Positions 27,501 to 39,824 of a stretch of DNA of 64,000 bases are shown in pieces (position 1 is the stretch's first letter; each line of letters starts with the position of its first letter). The notes beneath the pieces were generated by a model. It was given only the letters and a program-made list of their open reading frames with translations. It searched no databases and was not told where the DNA came from. Made by a program: the position numbers and the translations under genes. This DNA is from Antedon mediterranea (taxonomy: Eukaryota; Animalia; Echinodermata), in assembly GCF_964355755.1 (NCBI RefSeq), contig NC_092672.1, positions 35,284,437 to 35,348,436 of the forward strand, given 5' to 3'.

Positions 27501-30500
27501 CAACATTTGTAATATTAAGTTACTGTACTATATAAGTGAATAATCTTAAGCTATGTCTACACTTTCAAACTTTATGTGACAAAAAAATGTGCTGTACCCA
27601 TATATGGACAGGATGATGTCATATTACTACCATATTTGGGCATGTCACTACAGTACCATATTTAAGCACATCACATTTTGTTTGTCAAACTGGTTTGATA
27701 GTGTAGACAGAGCTTAATAGTTGTATGGGTTATTTTACAAGACAATTATACCACAGAGGGAAATAATGGCAGACACATTCAAGACATTGGCTGGAAAGTT
27801 GAAAATATAGAATCATATGAAAATTAAAGCTTTATAATATTATATTTTGTACAGAAATAGACGTTCTACTGACAGTAACAAATGTAAACTACGATATCAA
27901 CAAGCAACTGTTGCAGTTTATACTCGTTTCTACACCAAGCACGCAAACTCAGGTAACTTTAAAATCTACTTTATATGAACGGTGGCTCTAGAGTGAATAA
28001 CGAAAAATTTGATGAAATGAATGATGAAATGTAGGCCTACAGACTGCTGTTGATTGCTTGAAATCATTCCAGCATACTGGTACATATATGTATGTAAAGC
28101 TCTGTCTACACTATCAAACTAGTTTGATAGTGAAATTAACATGCCCAAATGTGGGAGTAATATGACATCGTCATGTTCATATTTGGGCACATCACATTTT
28201 GTTGTCACATAAAGTTTGATAGTGTAAACAGAGCTTTACGTATATGCATTAAAGGTTGCCCTTGCTAAACACTTAATAATATTACAGTACCTCATCATAT
28301 TAACATAAAGCCACTAGATATTTATACATGTAGTTGATATTATGTATTTTATTTATTTTTGCCACTTCAGGCAGGAAGGTTCACATGTTCGGAAAAGATA
28401 CAAAGGAAGAAGTAACAAGTTTGTTGGCTCCTACTCAGTTCACCACCAGTGACCCCAAGATTGCAACCATTGATAATCTGATTGTGTATGGACATTCAGA
28501 TGGAGTGGCCTCTGTGCAGGTAAAATGCAAACCTACAAACACTCTTGATATAATGGCAAAAGTCTCCCGATAATGGCGGTACTCTTCCGATTTAAATGGC
28601 GGAACTCTCCCTATTTAAATGGCGGAACTCTCCCTATTTAAATGGCGGAAGTCTCCCGATTTAATTGGCGGAACTCTTCCAATTTAAATGGCGGAAGTCT
28701 CCCGATAATGGCGGAAGTCTCCCAATAATGGCGGAACTCTCCCGATTTAAATGGCGGAACTCTACCAATAATGGCTACACTCTCCCGATTTAAATGGCGG
28801 AACTCTCCCGATTTAAATGGCGGAACTCTCCCGAATATAGCGTGACTTTCCCAATAATGGCATAACTTTCCAATAATGGCGTAACTTTCCCAATAATGGC
28901 ATAACTTTCCCAATAATGGCGAAACTTATCCGATAATTGCGGAACTCTCCTGATATTTGGTTCATTTTTCCACTCTCCTGCTTAAATACAATATTTTTTG
29001 ACATTTTCCGCCATGTTCACTATTATAGATGCCATATCTTTCTATTTTTTAATAGCGCCCTAATTAGTTTGAGTTTGGACATGCTTTCATAAATCCTCCC
29101 TAGGATTTCAGTTTCCAAGTTGAGAGGTCTGTAAATGGACAATTAGAACACCATTACGATCTGTTTCGCGGTAATAATAGATAGATCAATTGAAAGAACA
29201 GACTGTTGCCTTGTTTTCTATTATTGGCAGTACCATACAATTAGTTTGTTTATAAATAAAAATGAGCTTGAATTGTTGTAGGTAATTCAAAAGCTGGTGT
29301 TTTTTTTTGTGCGTGTGAGAACAGTAACCAAGATTTTCGCACACATTAACGTCTAATGAAAATCCTTCTGTGTTTATCCAAATTTACAGTCAGCTTAAGT
29401 ACATTAAATCCATGCATTTATGAGATTAACATTACAATTTGTTCGTCGGCAGATACATAAGTATGTTGAATCCATAATTGAATCCCAATCCCTTGGGAAT
29501 AAGACAAAGTAACGCAAACTAGGTAACCTGGTGAATTTAGAGTATAATCAAAAACCACTCATGGGTGATAGGATTAAATTCAGATTACCATTTCTTTACT
29601 AGGATTTGGAGATTAATCCCAAGATAAAGCAAATCCCACAACACTTATTTTAGTCTATGTATTATGTTATGCACTCAGTTATGCATGATATTCTGATTGC
29701 TATTTTAGATTGAGATCAATAGTCTCTTCTTGGTATTTGAGATTATCCCTATATTATAGATAATCCCTATATTAGAGATAATCCCTATGTTATGCTATAT
29801 TGGTATTAATATCTTGTATTCTATTCTATTTTAGGTGATGCCAGGTGAAGGTAACAAAGCTCTAGCTCACAAGGAATTTACAGTGGGTGGGGATAAAGTG
29901 TCTGTGACAGACCTTCACATCTCCATGGTGACTGGCCTCCGTATCCATAGTGTTAGGGATGTTAATGTCAAGCTTTTGAAGGCTGTACGCGTGGAGGCTA
30001 ATGACCAACTTATTGCGAAATATCAGGTTTGTATTTTAATGGAATGAATTTTACTTTTAACAATGAGTACACAGTTTTTAATAATTAGTAAGTAATATCT
30101 ATTAAATATTATGATTAAAATGGCAGCATATAAATCAATTCTATTTGTTTGGCTTTTTTAGGAAGGAATTTTGGATGTGACTTTGGGATTCAGCGATGGC
30201 GCTATATTGCCATTGCGTCATGTCTCAACTGAAGATTACTTCATCAAAGCATTGAGTCACGACTCCAACATCGTGATAGACAGGTCGGATGACATCCAAG
30301 CGGCAGTTGTAGCGATCGCAGAGGGCGCTACAACCATCGATGTAGAACTTAAATTGCCACGAATTTGTCACAAGAAACACAAATCAACAAATAAAATTTT
30401 GTCAAGGATATATCCTGTCAACGTATCATTTGCAACTGAGAATATTCAACAGAAATTGAGAAAAATTGGGAAGGAAGACGAAACATCGGGAAACAAAGCG

Positions 30501-31361
30501 GCTCCAGGTGCCGCTACCGGAGAAGCTTCCCAAAGTGGTAAAGTTGATTTTGGAATTGTCCACGCAAACTTTGATCCTAGCTTGTATGAAAACGACCTGG
30601 AAGAAAAGTCGTCGGATAAGGGGAGCAATAAAAATAAAAATGTGTATTCAATACCATTAGACGAGATAAACTTTGATCCTGTAAATGACCCAAATAAAAA
30701 TTCTCCCAACAGAGACAGAGACAGCGATTTAACAAATGATATTTTGAATAACATTGAGAATAATAAGAACAAGTCATCCGCTATGGAGATCGGCATGTAC
30801 GTAATGTTGGCAGTGTTTGCCTTAGCTATCACAGTGTTTTTGCTTAATTGTATGGTGTACATGTATAGAATTGGCCGCAGAAAGAAGGTGCCCCCAAGTG
30901 TGATCGGTAATTATGCAACTCCAAACGAGAGTTGGTCGTGGCTTGGTCGAGAGATGGAATCCGATGCCATGAAAAGACAAGGTGATTGTGATTGTGAACA
31001 AGAGCAGACAGACATGGCATTGACGCAGGTTTACACCGAGAGTGAAGTCAGCGTTGAACACCACAGCACGTCATGCTCAGAATCACCAGCAGATTCTGGA
31101 ACCCATGATCTTAGCGAGACAAACTTGGACGTGGAAGAAGAGATTAATGTCACCGATGAACCACCATCGGTTGATGAAGGTGGCACAGAGGACTCTCCAG
31201 AAGAAGCTGAAAAGAATATTGATCCTGTTGAAGAGAGTCCAATGCTTAATAAAGATATTCAGGTGACTACTGTGAACCCAAATGCAGAGAATGAGGAGGC
31301 TGTGGAATACGATCAGTTACTGGCGCATTTAAACTCACTGCAAGCCGAGATTCAAGCTTAG
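9577..31361 (+). CDS. TMEM132: Transmembrane protein 132 family (type I membrane protein); 5' signal-peptide exon not located
   Basis: Exons with GT-AG sites and matching phases: 9577-10426, 13707-13856, 21315-21495, 24956-25099, 26288-26493, 27855-27952, 28371-28519, 29835-30026, 30162-31361 (TAG). Family motifs: VSASYGPF, TELVNTAVLN, VEQNCSYMFFDGSE, WVWIPELPLIIELSDQKLSLIKEWKVP, CKLRYQQATV, FSDG, TM MEIGMYVMLAVFALAITVFLLNC, WSWLG. Confidence 0.93.
11437..11576. mobile_element. MITE family A, partial copy
   Basis: Internal GATGTGCCCATATATGGACATG..CACTACCATATTTGGG plus right TIR. Confidence 0.75.
14872..15013. mobile_element. MITE family A copy
   Basis: AGCTCTGTCTACAC...GTTTGATAGTGTAGACA. 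Confidence 0.85.
16842..16989. mobile_element. MITE family A copy (opposite orientation)
   Basis: Both TIRs present; internal CCCAAATATGGTAGTGATAT. Confidence 0.85.
17283..17420. repeat. About 69-bp tandem duplication
   Basis: CAATGATAAAACATTAATGTACC...TTTACCATGTT..AATAAGAG occurs twice. Confidence 0.9.
20116..20845. repeat. Two local direct duplications (about 20116-20205/20321-20410 and 20649-20735/20752-20843)
   Basis: CATAAAATCATCAAACTTGTCAAGAATAGACCTAC and TTCGGTAAAAA..TTCTGGTTCTGAAAAAACACCACATA each occur twice. Confidence 0.85.
21612..21717. mobile_element. MITE family A, degenerate copy
   Basis: ATGATGTCATATCACTACCATATTT...GTCAAACTAGTT..GATAGTGTAG. Confidence 0.7.
22501..22887. mobile_element. 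Fold-back (palindromic) Harbinger-type MITE
   Basis: TIRs AGGTCCATTTACACTAGGACGATAACGATC / GATCGTTATTGTCCTAGTGTAAATGGGCCT, TTA TSD on both sides, arms complementary for roughly 170 bp. Confidence 0.88.
24694..24843. mobile_element. MITE family A copy
   Basis: TIRs with TTA/TTA TSD. Confidence 0.8.
25313..25492. mobile_element. MITE family A copy (best preserved)
   Basis: Perfect TIRs, TAA/TAA TSD, three internal CATATCACTACCATATT units. Confidence 0.92.
26119..26212 (-). mobile_element. tRNA-derived SINE fragment (same family as 39825-39951)
   Basis: Reverse complement shares TCAATCCTGACCTAG and TAACTCACAACTC..CACTCCCT with the 39.8-kb copy. Confidence 0.65.
26925..27084. mobile_element. 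MITE family A copy
   Basis: TIRs with TAA/TAA TSD. Confidence 0.88.
27549..27714. mobile_element. MITE family A copy
   Basis: TIRs, TWA flanks. Confidence 0.88.
28098..28235. mobile_element. MITE family A copy
   Basis: TIRs, TWA flanks. Confidence 0.85.
28550..28952. repeat. Minisatellite with 20/23-bp units (AATGGCGGAACTCTCCCGAT[TTA])
   Basis: Roughly 18 degenerate units in a TMEM132 intron. Confidence 0.92.
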
Positions 31362-32829
31362 TCAACAATAATTTAAATGCTTAGATATATATATTCAACA
31401 AATTTTATTTACAAAGTTTTTATGGACGATGATTGTATTGTCGAAATGAGGTGTCTGGAAACGTCCAAATATGTGGATCATGCAATACCAGAAACTTTGT
31501 TAATTGGTGTTAAATATCGGATGTCTTTTCTACATTTGATTAATTTAGGCAGTTGGAATAGTTGAGTTGGCTTCAGCATCGTTATTATGTTGTAGACAGG
31601 GTTAGGCTGTTCATTTCAATATTTATATGTAGTATAAACATAATATTGGCTAATATGATACATGTTTTTTTATAAATCATTATTTCACTGATCACTACTT
31701 AGCATTTGTGAAAGGTTTATTTTAAACAAATTTCCAATAAAATCTTATTAAATTATGTTTAGGCACTTTAAAGTTACATAAGGCTTTGCATACTCTAGTA
31801 TGTTTTGTGGTGCTTTTTTCAAGAAAACACATAGAAAGAAGGACATATATATTCTTCTGATGTCATTATCTGAAAGAGTTGTCCCTTAAATAGCCCATGG
31901 TGTCTACAAAAAAGTCGCATAATCATTTCTCAATGAAAATCTCAGAAAATGGTTTCCGGGTGTTCTACCTTATTATTTATTTGTCGTAATAACCTCTCAT
32001 ATTAGATATTGCGAAATACAATATCTAGAAAGTAAACGCTTATACGCACAGCTATTCCGAATCAAAAGTCGCCATTAGTGTACACTTACCGATGTGTTAA
32101 CTTTTGATCTCGGAATGTAGAGTATACCTACTACAATATTGAAATATATTCGCTAAAAATTAAAATTTACATTAAATTAATTTTTACCATATTATTACAA
32201 TTAATATTTAATAAATTGCATCATGTCAACATTTTATTTACTGCAGTTACTGTAGTAATTACATTGCTTACTGCAGTAATGGAAGAGTTTTGTTTTTATG
32301 TAGAGGTTTATGAGGCAGTTACTGCAATAAACAATGTGTATGATAAATACTAATAAACAGTTAAAAACTTCCTAAAGTATAGTTACTGCAGTAACTGCAG
32401 TAGGATAATTTTGACATGGTCTTTTAAAAGCTATTGTAAATTTTATTTAAATGTATTTGAAATTTATTTTCTAATGCTAGCTATCAATTTTTCTACAAGA
32501 TAAAATATTAGCGCCAAAATAACTATGACATGAATTAAGACTACCTAATCCACAGCATGTTATGTATTGTAAATTTATTGTATAGATCATATAAAATGTA
32601 CATAAATATATATATATTTGATTTCTACTCTTGGTAGAGTATATCATGGTTAATGATGCCTATAAAATTGCCAATAATTTAAACAAAATATTCTTTGTAT
32701 ACAATACAGTAATACCACTTATTTAGTCTATACTGCTCTGAGCAAGTATGGCATAATGGTATATCGGATTAGTATGCAAGAGGCATGGGTTCGGTACCTG
32801 TCTGTGTCATATTGCTTGTAATATCATAA

Positions 32830-32935
32830 AGCTTGGACAAACCACAAGTAATTTGACCATCGTGACGTGATGAATACTCCAAACTGTCGTTTGTGATTGG
32901 TAAACTCACCGTTTCGTCAAAATGGGAACCAAGCT
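32830..32935. mobile_element. MITE family D, degenerate copy
   Basis: AGCTTGG...GTGATTGG...TGGGAACCAAGCT with TWA flanks. Confidence 0.55.
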
Positions 32936-33314
32936 TTAGGCAACATACTTTACTCTCATTGCCTCGTATGTAAAGTAAAATAATGTCACAAATATAATAG
33001 GCTTATATGGTTCCGAATTCTTTTCCCAGATTTTGGACTATATTTCATGTCTAAAAATAGTGGTTTTACTGTAGTGGTATAAAGAAATTAATTTGTTAGG
33101 AATTATTTCAAACATGAAAGGATATTGTCTTTAATTGATAGATTGAGCATAATTGTTATCGGTAAATATTTTCATGGTATAAATAAACATTTTCATTAAA
33201 AATATATATTTACTTGTACAGTGTATATCTTTTACTTGGCAAATTGTTTATAAAATTATATTTTATCGCGTTTTTATTTTGTGGCAAAGTTAATTAATAA
33301 ATTGAGCTTTACTA

Positions 33315-36126
33315 TTAATATTTGCTATCTAATGAAGATTTGATGTTAAAAACGGTTGTTTTTGAGGACCAGTTTGTGTTTTCGCTGTCCATCGGGTCAA
33401 TTCTGGTTTTCTCTGTGTAGGTTACCTTCCCATCGTTGTCAATAAGTATCACTGTTGTACATCTACAAATGTAAAATATTTGGTTTTTATTTAATGTTGT
33501 GTTCCAAGAATTAACACTAAATCTTATGGTCTTTTATGTTCTCTGCTGCTTCTCTTTGGAATTCTCTCCCTCGTCATTTTACTAACTTCTATTGCTATTT
33601 TAAAAAAAGAACTTAAAACGCATCTTTTTAACAACCAATATAAGCGCCTTTGATTTTTACTTCGGTTTAGTTGATTCTGGCGCTATACAAATACCTAAAT
33701 TATTATTACTAGTATTATTAGTACAGTGCTCTAGGATGTAGCTAATGGAGGGGGAGGGGGGGGGGGGAGGGTGAGAACACCAGAATGAAAATACAAGCAG
33801 CTAGCTTTTAAAACATTTTTTACCTTGTGCCATAGATAGGAGAATCAACAAAAGCAGTTTTTGGTAAAGCTTTTGATAATTCTTCTTCGTTTAAAAAAAA
33901 GTTTACTTTAGTAGCCAACCTGTAAGAAAATAGTACAGTGTGGGTTAGTAATTATAGTTTTTTTTTAATTTTAAAAGCTGCGCGATAAATTTGACTGAAC
34001 TATATAATATATTTAGTTGAAATATTTGAAGTTGTAAATTGATCATATCATATAAATTGTTTATAAACACACAGCTGCGAGATTGAATAGACAGTCAGAT
34101 CTATCTATCTATCTATCATCAAAATGAAGACGGGCGGATTCTCATGGCTGGCGCATTAGGATTAGAGTTAAGGGTGATGGTCCGAAGCTCAATAAATGTT
34201 TTTACCTACCCATCATTCCCTTGTGCATATGAAATCAAATGCTTTGTGAGTTCTTCGGCCGATATTGTAGGCTTATCTTTTAAAAGTTGTTCTAAATATT
34301 CTTTACCAGCATTTGCCTTGGGCCATGGTTGGAATAACAAAGAATTTGAGACACCATAGTATCCTGGAACAAGAAACAGACAATAGCATGAAGAAAATAA
34401 TAACAGTTTTTAGTAATATTATATTCATTTTTTTTATATTTTAAATTTAGATGAAATGATGATTGGAAGTTACGTTACCAGTTTCCAAGGTAACTGGCTC
34501 ACTTTCTGATCTGTTGCTATAGTAACATATTTCTGGTTTATAATTCCTGAAAAATAAAAGCAATATTAATTATATTCATGGCTGTAAGAGACTTATGTTT
34601 GGAACAACGGCTCCATTGTTTTTTGCGGGCAACTAAATCCTTGAAAATGTGCATCAGTAAGGTTTTTCATTGAAGAATTATTGTGAAAGTTAAAACATTC
34701 TGGCAAGTGGCACTTTTGTTTCATAGGAAATCGTTCCCTTAATAGGAGTGTCTGGTGTCCCCTATAGGAATGTCCAGTGTCCCCTTATTAGGAGTGTCCC
34801 CTTAATAGGATTGTCCCCTTAATAGGAGTGTCTAGTGTTACTTTAATAGGAGTGTCCAGTGTCCCTTAATGGGAGTGACTGTCCATTGTAAAAAAAGAGA
34901 TGTTCCACTATATGTATGTGTTGGGGGTGACATATGCTTCATTTATTACCTAAAGTCCATTGTTAATAGATTGAAACCATTGTAATCTGTTCCAGTGAGT
35001 TGCTTCAAGTAAGAATATCCATCAATGTCACTTGTGAGAAAGTTAGTTACTAGGGAGCCTGTGAAAAGATAACAATCAAAATGGATTATATTATGCAGGC
35101 TAACTTACTTGGGACTAGTTAACAAGTATGATACAATACATAGGGAGGAGGGGGAGGAGGAGGAAGAGCCAAATCATGACAATGTCACATGACAATCATG
35201 GGTTGTATTCCCTATAAATAAGCATTGGTAGGATATCTGAATACAATAACAATATTAACAAACCTCTGCCTTTAAGTTCTGGATTCACATGTTTGTCTCT
35301 GATGTTTAACAGACAAGCCACCTTTCCCATTTTTGAGATGCCTAGCCATGTTCCACCTTCTTTACCTGGAGTCATATCAACACCTTTTTGATTGGAGGAA
35401 AAGAAAATAAACCACCATTTTATTATTTTATCTTTAGGTAGTAAGGTTGTAGAATTCTATTTTTCACCCCTTCTCCAGCTGCTGCCTTTGACTTTCCTAT
35501 CATCACCCCCACCCCCAGCATCCTTTTCTTTTTTCCCCAGCATCCTTTTCTTTTTTCCCCACATACACCGACCAAAAAAAAAAATACAAGAACGACCTGT
35601 GGCGGCGCTCGGATTTATTGATTGAGTCGCTCATCGCGGTACTTCATTAATAATAATAATACTAAAAAAGCAAAAAAAAACTGAAAAGGTAAGATTATAC
35701 ACTTATCATTCAATTTTTAGCTTAATATACGTATATAAATTGTAAACTGAAAGAGAAAACCTCCATAGATTAATTACTTAAAATCAAACTATGGCCTAGG
35801 CTAAATGCTAGGCCTAGGCAATTCACAATCGTTCACTGTAGTCCCGGGTGCACAGGAGGAAACCCCTTCATCGCACTTGAAAACTGAATAATTTCTACCG
35901 TCTTACCACATAGAACGTCTCCGTTGGACTCTAAAAACTCGGCAGGAAGTGCTGGTCTGTCAAAGAATTCATCTCGATTAAAAGCTAATACAAGTTTATA
36001 GCCAATAACGCCAGAATTCTCATTAACCATAAACCAAGTAACGCACATTCTTTTATTTAGAAACTTGAGTGAATTTACTGTCAAAAATGAAATCGAGGTG
36101 CGTCGTAGACATGTTTTTAACGCCAT
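33315..36126 (-). CDS. TANGO2: Transport and Golgi organization protein 2 homolog (NRDE family)
   Basis: Exons (-): 36126 or 36048-35907, 35383-35264, 35058-34950, 34546-34479, 34363-34210, 33919-33824, 33462-33315 (TAA); phases all consistent; 278 aa from MC. Motifs MCVTWF, YKLVLAFNRDEFFDRP, GKEGGTWLGISKMGK, KGRGSLVTNFL, YNGFNLL, YGVSNSLL..PWPK, YGTRCTTVILID. Confidence 0.96.
34736..34877. repeat. Degenerate tandem repeat (CCCTTAATAGGAGTGTCCAGTGT) in a TANGO2 intron
   Basis: About 7 units visible. Confidence 0.85.
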
Positions 36127-36469
36127 TTAGAACTAGAGGGCGGTGTGCTTATTTTTCTTTTAACTAGAGAACTAAAAAATACAAATATTAATATCATACA
36201 ATAAAATCTTTAATCAATACATCTGTCAATTACATTGCAAATGCTTAACAAATGCTATAGAAATTCACACGTGAAATATAATTGAATACAGTTTGGCCTC
36301 TTGGCCTACATTGTATCCGCACATTAAATTAATAATAAAATGCCGGCTCCTTTTAACTCCTTAACAGCACCATTTTTATTCAATCGGTGTCAATTAGGCC
36401 TAGAGTTAAAATAAACTATATAATTAAATATATGTTAAAATTTGTATTTAAATTGGTTTCTCGAATCTT

Positions 36470-37065
36470 CTAGTCTAGTACTATACTATTATGGTTAAAT
36501 GTCTTCGTAGACCATTTTGTATTGGAGTCCATTGGGTCAACAATCATGGTTCTTTCTGTAAAAGTTGTTTCTCCTTTTAATCGATTAAAATTACAGTTGT
36601 AGTTCTGAAATAAATCAATTAAATATATTTTATGAAAATGCTCTTTGTTTTTAAAATCCTGTATTACTTTTGTTATTTTTTTAAAATGTTGTACATAATA
36701 TGTTGTACATTAGTTTCCTCAAGTTTCTTTGTAAATAGGCCTATAACTTTTTCTCTTTAACTTTTATTTCACTTACTCTGGACGCACCTTCATTCAAGAA
36801 TGCGTGTGCCATGACTGTTTCAAAAGCGTAGCTTCCAAATAAAATGATTATTAATAGAGATAATATTAATATATATAGTTTAGGCCCTACTGTTACAGTC
36901 CGACGTGATGCCTGTACCTTGATACAACAGTAGGCCTACAAATCAACTTACCACACACACATCTTCATTGGAATCCAAATAATCGGCAGATTTAGTAGGT
37001 TTTCTAAAATATTCATCTCGATTATAACCATTTTCACCTGGACTTTTGTTGACCATAAACCACAT
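36470..37065 (-). pseudogene. TANGO2: Tandem TANGO2 paralogue remnant (exon-1-like and last-exon-like segments only)
   Basis: 37065-36952 reads MWFMVNKSPGENGY-NRDEYFRKPTKSADYLDSNEDV then GTAAGT (CVT and KLVLAF deleted, end phase shifted). 36604-36470 follows TTTCAG and reads TTTVILID*/frameshift/KGETTFTERTMIVDPMDSNTKWSTKTF. Exons 2-6 are not found in the 350-bp gap. Confidence 0.88.
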
Positions 37066-37840
37066 GTTTAGTAAATTCTGTAAAGCGCCTAATTCTTGAT
37101 TTGACGTGGAATATTTAAATTTTAATTTCCAGCAGGATGGTCAGAACCAAATCTGCATCTAAAATCTATCCACTTTGACCTAAAATTGGATCAAAAAACA
37201 AATTATTTACCTGAAAAAACTGTAATTTAAAGCAAAAAAATAGTCGAATTGATCTTTATCGTTTCTAGGCCTAAATTAATTGATTTTCAGTGTATCGCCT
37301 GGTCGTCCAAATACTATCCTGGTTTGTCCTTGCAGACTGAAAACTAAAGTGCAATTTTCTATACTTTTTTTTTGTTCAGCTCTGTAAATGAATGTGTTCG
37401 TATCTGATAATAAGTTTACCCGGTAAAAAGATTGTGGTCCATTATAAAAGTATATGGCGCCACCAACGCCAGTGCTTATGTAAAAACTTTTAACGCCATT
37501 CTGCCAAATTGGAGCTTCGAACAGCGATGAATATATTAAAAAAATAATAAAATTAAATAATATATTTAGTCATATATAAGACAGTGATGTATATTCCAAC
37601 TAATTTGAATAAAGTCCTGTTTATTTTCAGAAGTGGTTGTAGAAAAGCCCACGTCATTATTATATACATACTTCTATATTGGTTACCACACTAAAATGCA
37701 AAGCAATTTCACCAATTTGTGTTTGGTCAAATTGCGTTACGCGTGTGACGTATACGTTCAGCTTTGTTCTCAGTAGGACGTCGTAACACAATTGGATGTA
37801 AGTGCAACGATCTGTCACAAGCGATAAATTATCCATCTAA

Positions 37841-37978
37841 AGCGTGGTTCCCACTAGCGACGCAACACAAGGACGTAACGCAAGGCAAGTTAATTGACCA
37901 ATCACAAGCGATGGCTTATTCGCTTGTGATTGCTAACGCGTTTACGTCCTTGCGTTACGTTCTAGTGGGAACCAAGCT
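37841..37978. mobile_element. MITE family D (Harbinger-like), within a cluster of related fragments at about 37700-38150
   Basis: TIRs AGCGTGGTTCCCACTAG / CTAGTGGGAACCAAGCT, TWA flanks, internal palindrome CAATCACAAGCGA..TCGCTTGTGATTG. Confidence 0.85.
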
Positions 37979-39032
37979 TTACGCGACTGGACGTAAGGGC
38001 AATGCAAGTTTTGTTTGAATCACATCGTGATTGGTCAATGGTAGGCCTACTTGCGCTGCGCTTACGTCATACAGTACCGTACTTGCCGTACGTCTAAGCT
38101 TGGTTCCTCCCACTATTTTGTGGGAACCAGCTTTAGCGGAAACCAAGCTTCGAGAGATAGAAACTTCGACCAGTCTTTAATCTGTCAATAATTTATTTTT
38201 AACACTTTGTCTATTTTAAAGAAAAAATTATTACATGATTTTTAACTTCCTAGATTCATGATATTTCGTTATATAGTGCCAATAACATTTATAGACCTAT
38301 GTTGTAACAGAATGGCGACTTTATCGTCAGTACCTGGAATGTTGTAAATATTTATGCAAATTTGCAAATAAATATGCGTACTTTACGTTGAATATTTTTA
38401 GTGCTGTACTAAGGCGCTTGTAGATTTGACTTGACAACCTGAATCAACCTTTAGGCCTATTATTATTACCAGTTTATGTACTCATTACATTATAGGCACG
38501 GCAGATGGATAATAGGCATATCATAAAATGTATTTGTCATCGCAGTCAATGTGGTATTGGTATATTTTAGTCAGGCATTAATAGGTAAGTCAGTTTTATA
38601 CCCCCTTCCTTGAGCGTTTTACTCGAGCATAGTACTGTAGTAGCATGTCGCATTTTGGACCTACAATGCAACGACAATCCACAAAAGTACGTTGTATATT
38701 AGAGGTTATTGAACTTATTCCTTGAACAATGTGCTGCCGGTATACTATTGTATTGTAATTCGTAGTAATTTCGTTGTCTTGTCAACATTTCTTCGCAAAC
38801 AAAATACAACGAAATTGACCGGATACAGATTTATATATTTATTTCCACGTACGACAATGGACAAAAGTAATATGATTGGTTCATTACAGAGGCGCAGAGG
38901 ACACGTGCGTTCATTAATATCGAGCACGTCAATGTCAATGACGTACGCGACGCAAGTTAGTTGACCGTTGACCGATGACAAGCGAATATTCCATCGTTGA
39001 TTTGCCCATTGCGTTGAACCAAGGTAATCTCA

Positions 39033-39211
39033 AGCGTGGTTCCCACTAGCGACGCAACGGAAGGACGTAACGCAACGCAAGTGAATTGACCAATCACAAG
39101 CGATGGCTTATTCGCTTGTGATTGCTAACTGTCTATAACATCTCTTGTCATTGGTTAAAACGCTTGCGTTGCGTTTACGTCCTTGCGTTACGTTCTAGTG
39201 GGAACCAAGCT
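39033..39211. mobile_element. MITE family D copy
   Basis: Same TIRs and internal sequence as 37841-37978. Confidence 0.88.
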
Positions 39212-39824
39212 TAACAACCGGATGCTGAGCTCAACCGGATGCTGAGCTCTGGAGATCAAAGGGTTTATACGTGGCTGCGACAATATCAGTTCCCCTCCTC
39301 TTAAAAGACACCACGCGATAGAGAGAATATTGTACATAGTACAGTACTGTTGGTATTTGTCGCGCCAGACATAAGATCAAAGGACTGTTACGAGTTTCTA
39401 TCTTGGCAAGGAAAGCCCCAGTGTAATGTTGTTAGATTGCCTTGGTTGAACCATGGACCTATACTATAGGTCCTGGTTGAATCAAGCTTTATGTCACCGT
39501 TCATGTGAACTGCGGCAAACGTATTGATTGTCACATAGGCCTTCTACTATTGTTGATTGATTATCTCGCATATCCGTTTATTTATTTGTTCACGGTTGTA
39601 TGTTTACAACAAGCAATTTATGTGTGAATCAATAATGATTAATAAACTCATTCACAATCTACAATTTCACCAGTCACTGTAGACTCATTTCCTTTACGTC
39701 CAATCGAAATGTCATCATTTGTCATCCTTGTAATACAATAATAATTACTAACTTTTTTTGGAATAACGCTTTTGCATACAATATCAAATGTGTACTATAC
39801 AAAGCATTACAAAAAAACCCAAAA

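Noticed and set aside
30446-31064. Antisense ORFs of 138, 66 and 80 aa
   Set aside because: Shadow frames of the TMEM132 terminal exon with no recognisable features
32742-32800. tRNA-like A/B boxes (TGGCATAATGG...GGTTCGGTACC); similar at about 61375-61435
   Set aside because: No convincing cloverleaf or acceptor stem; most likely decayed SINE heads, not tRNA genes
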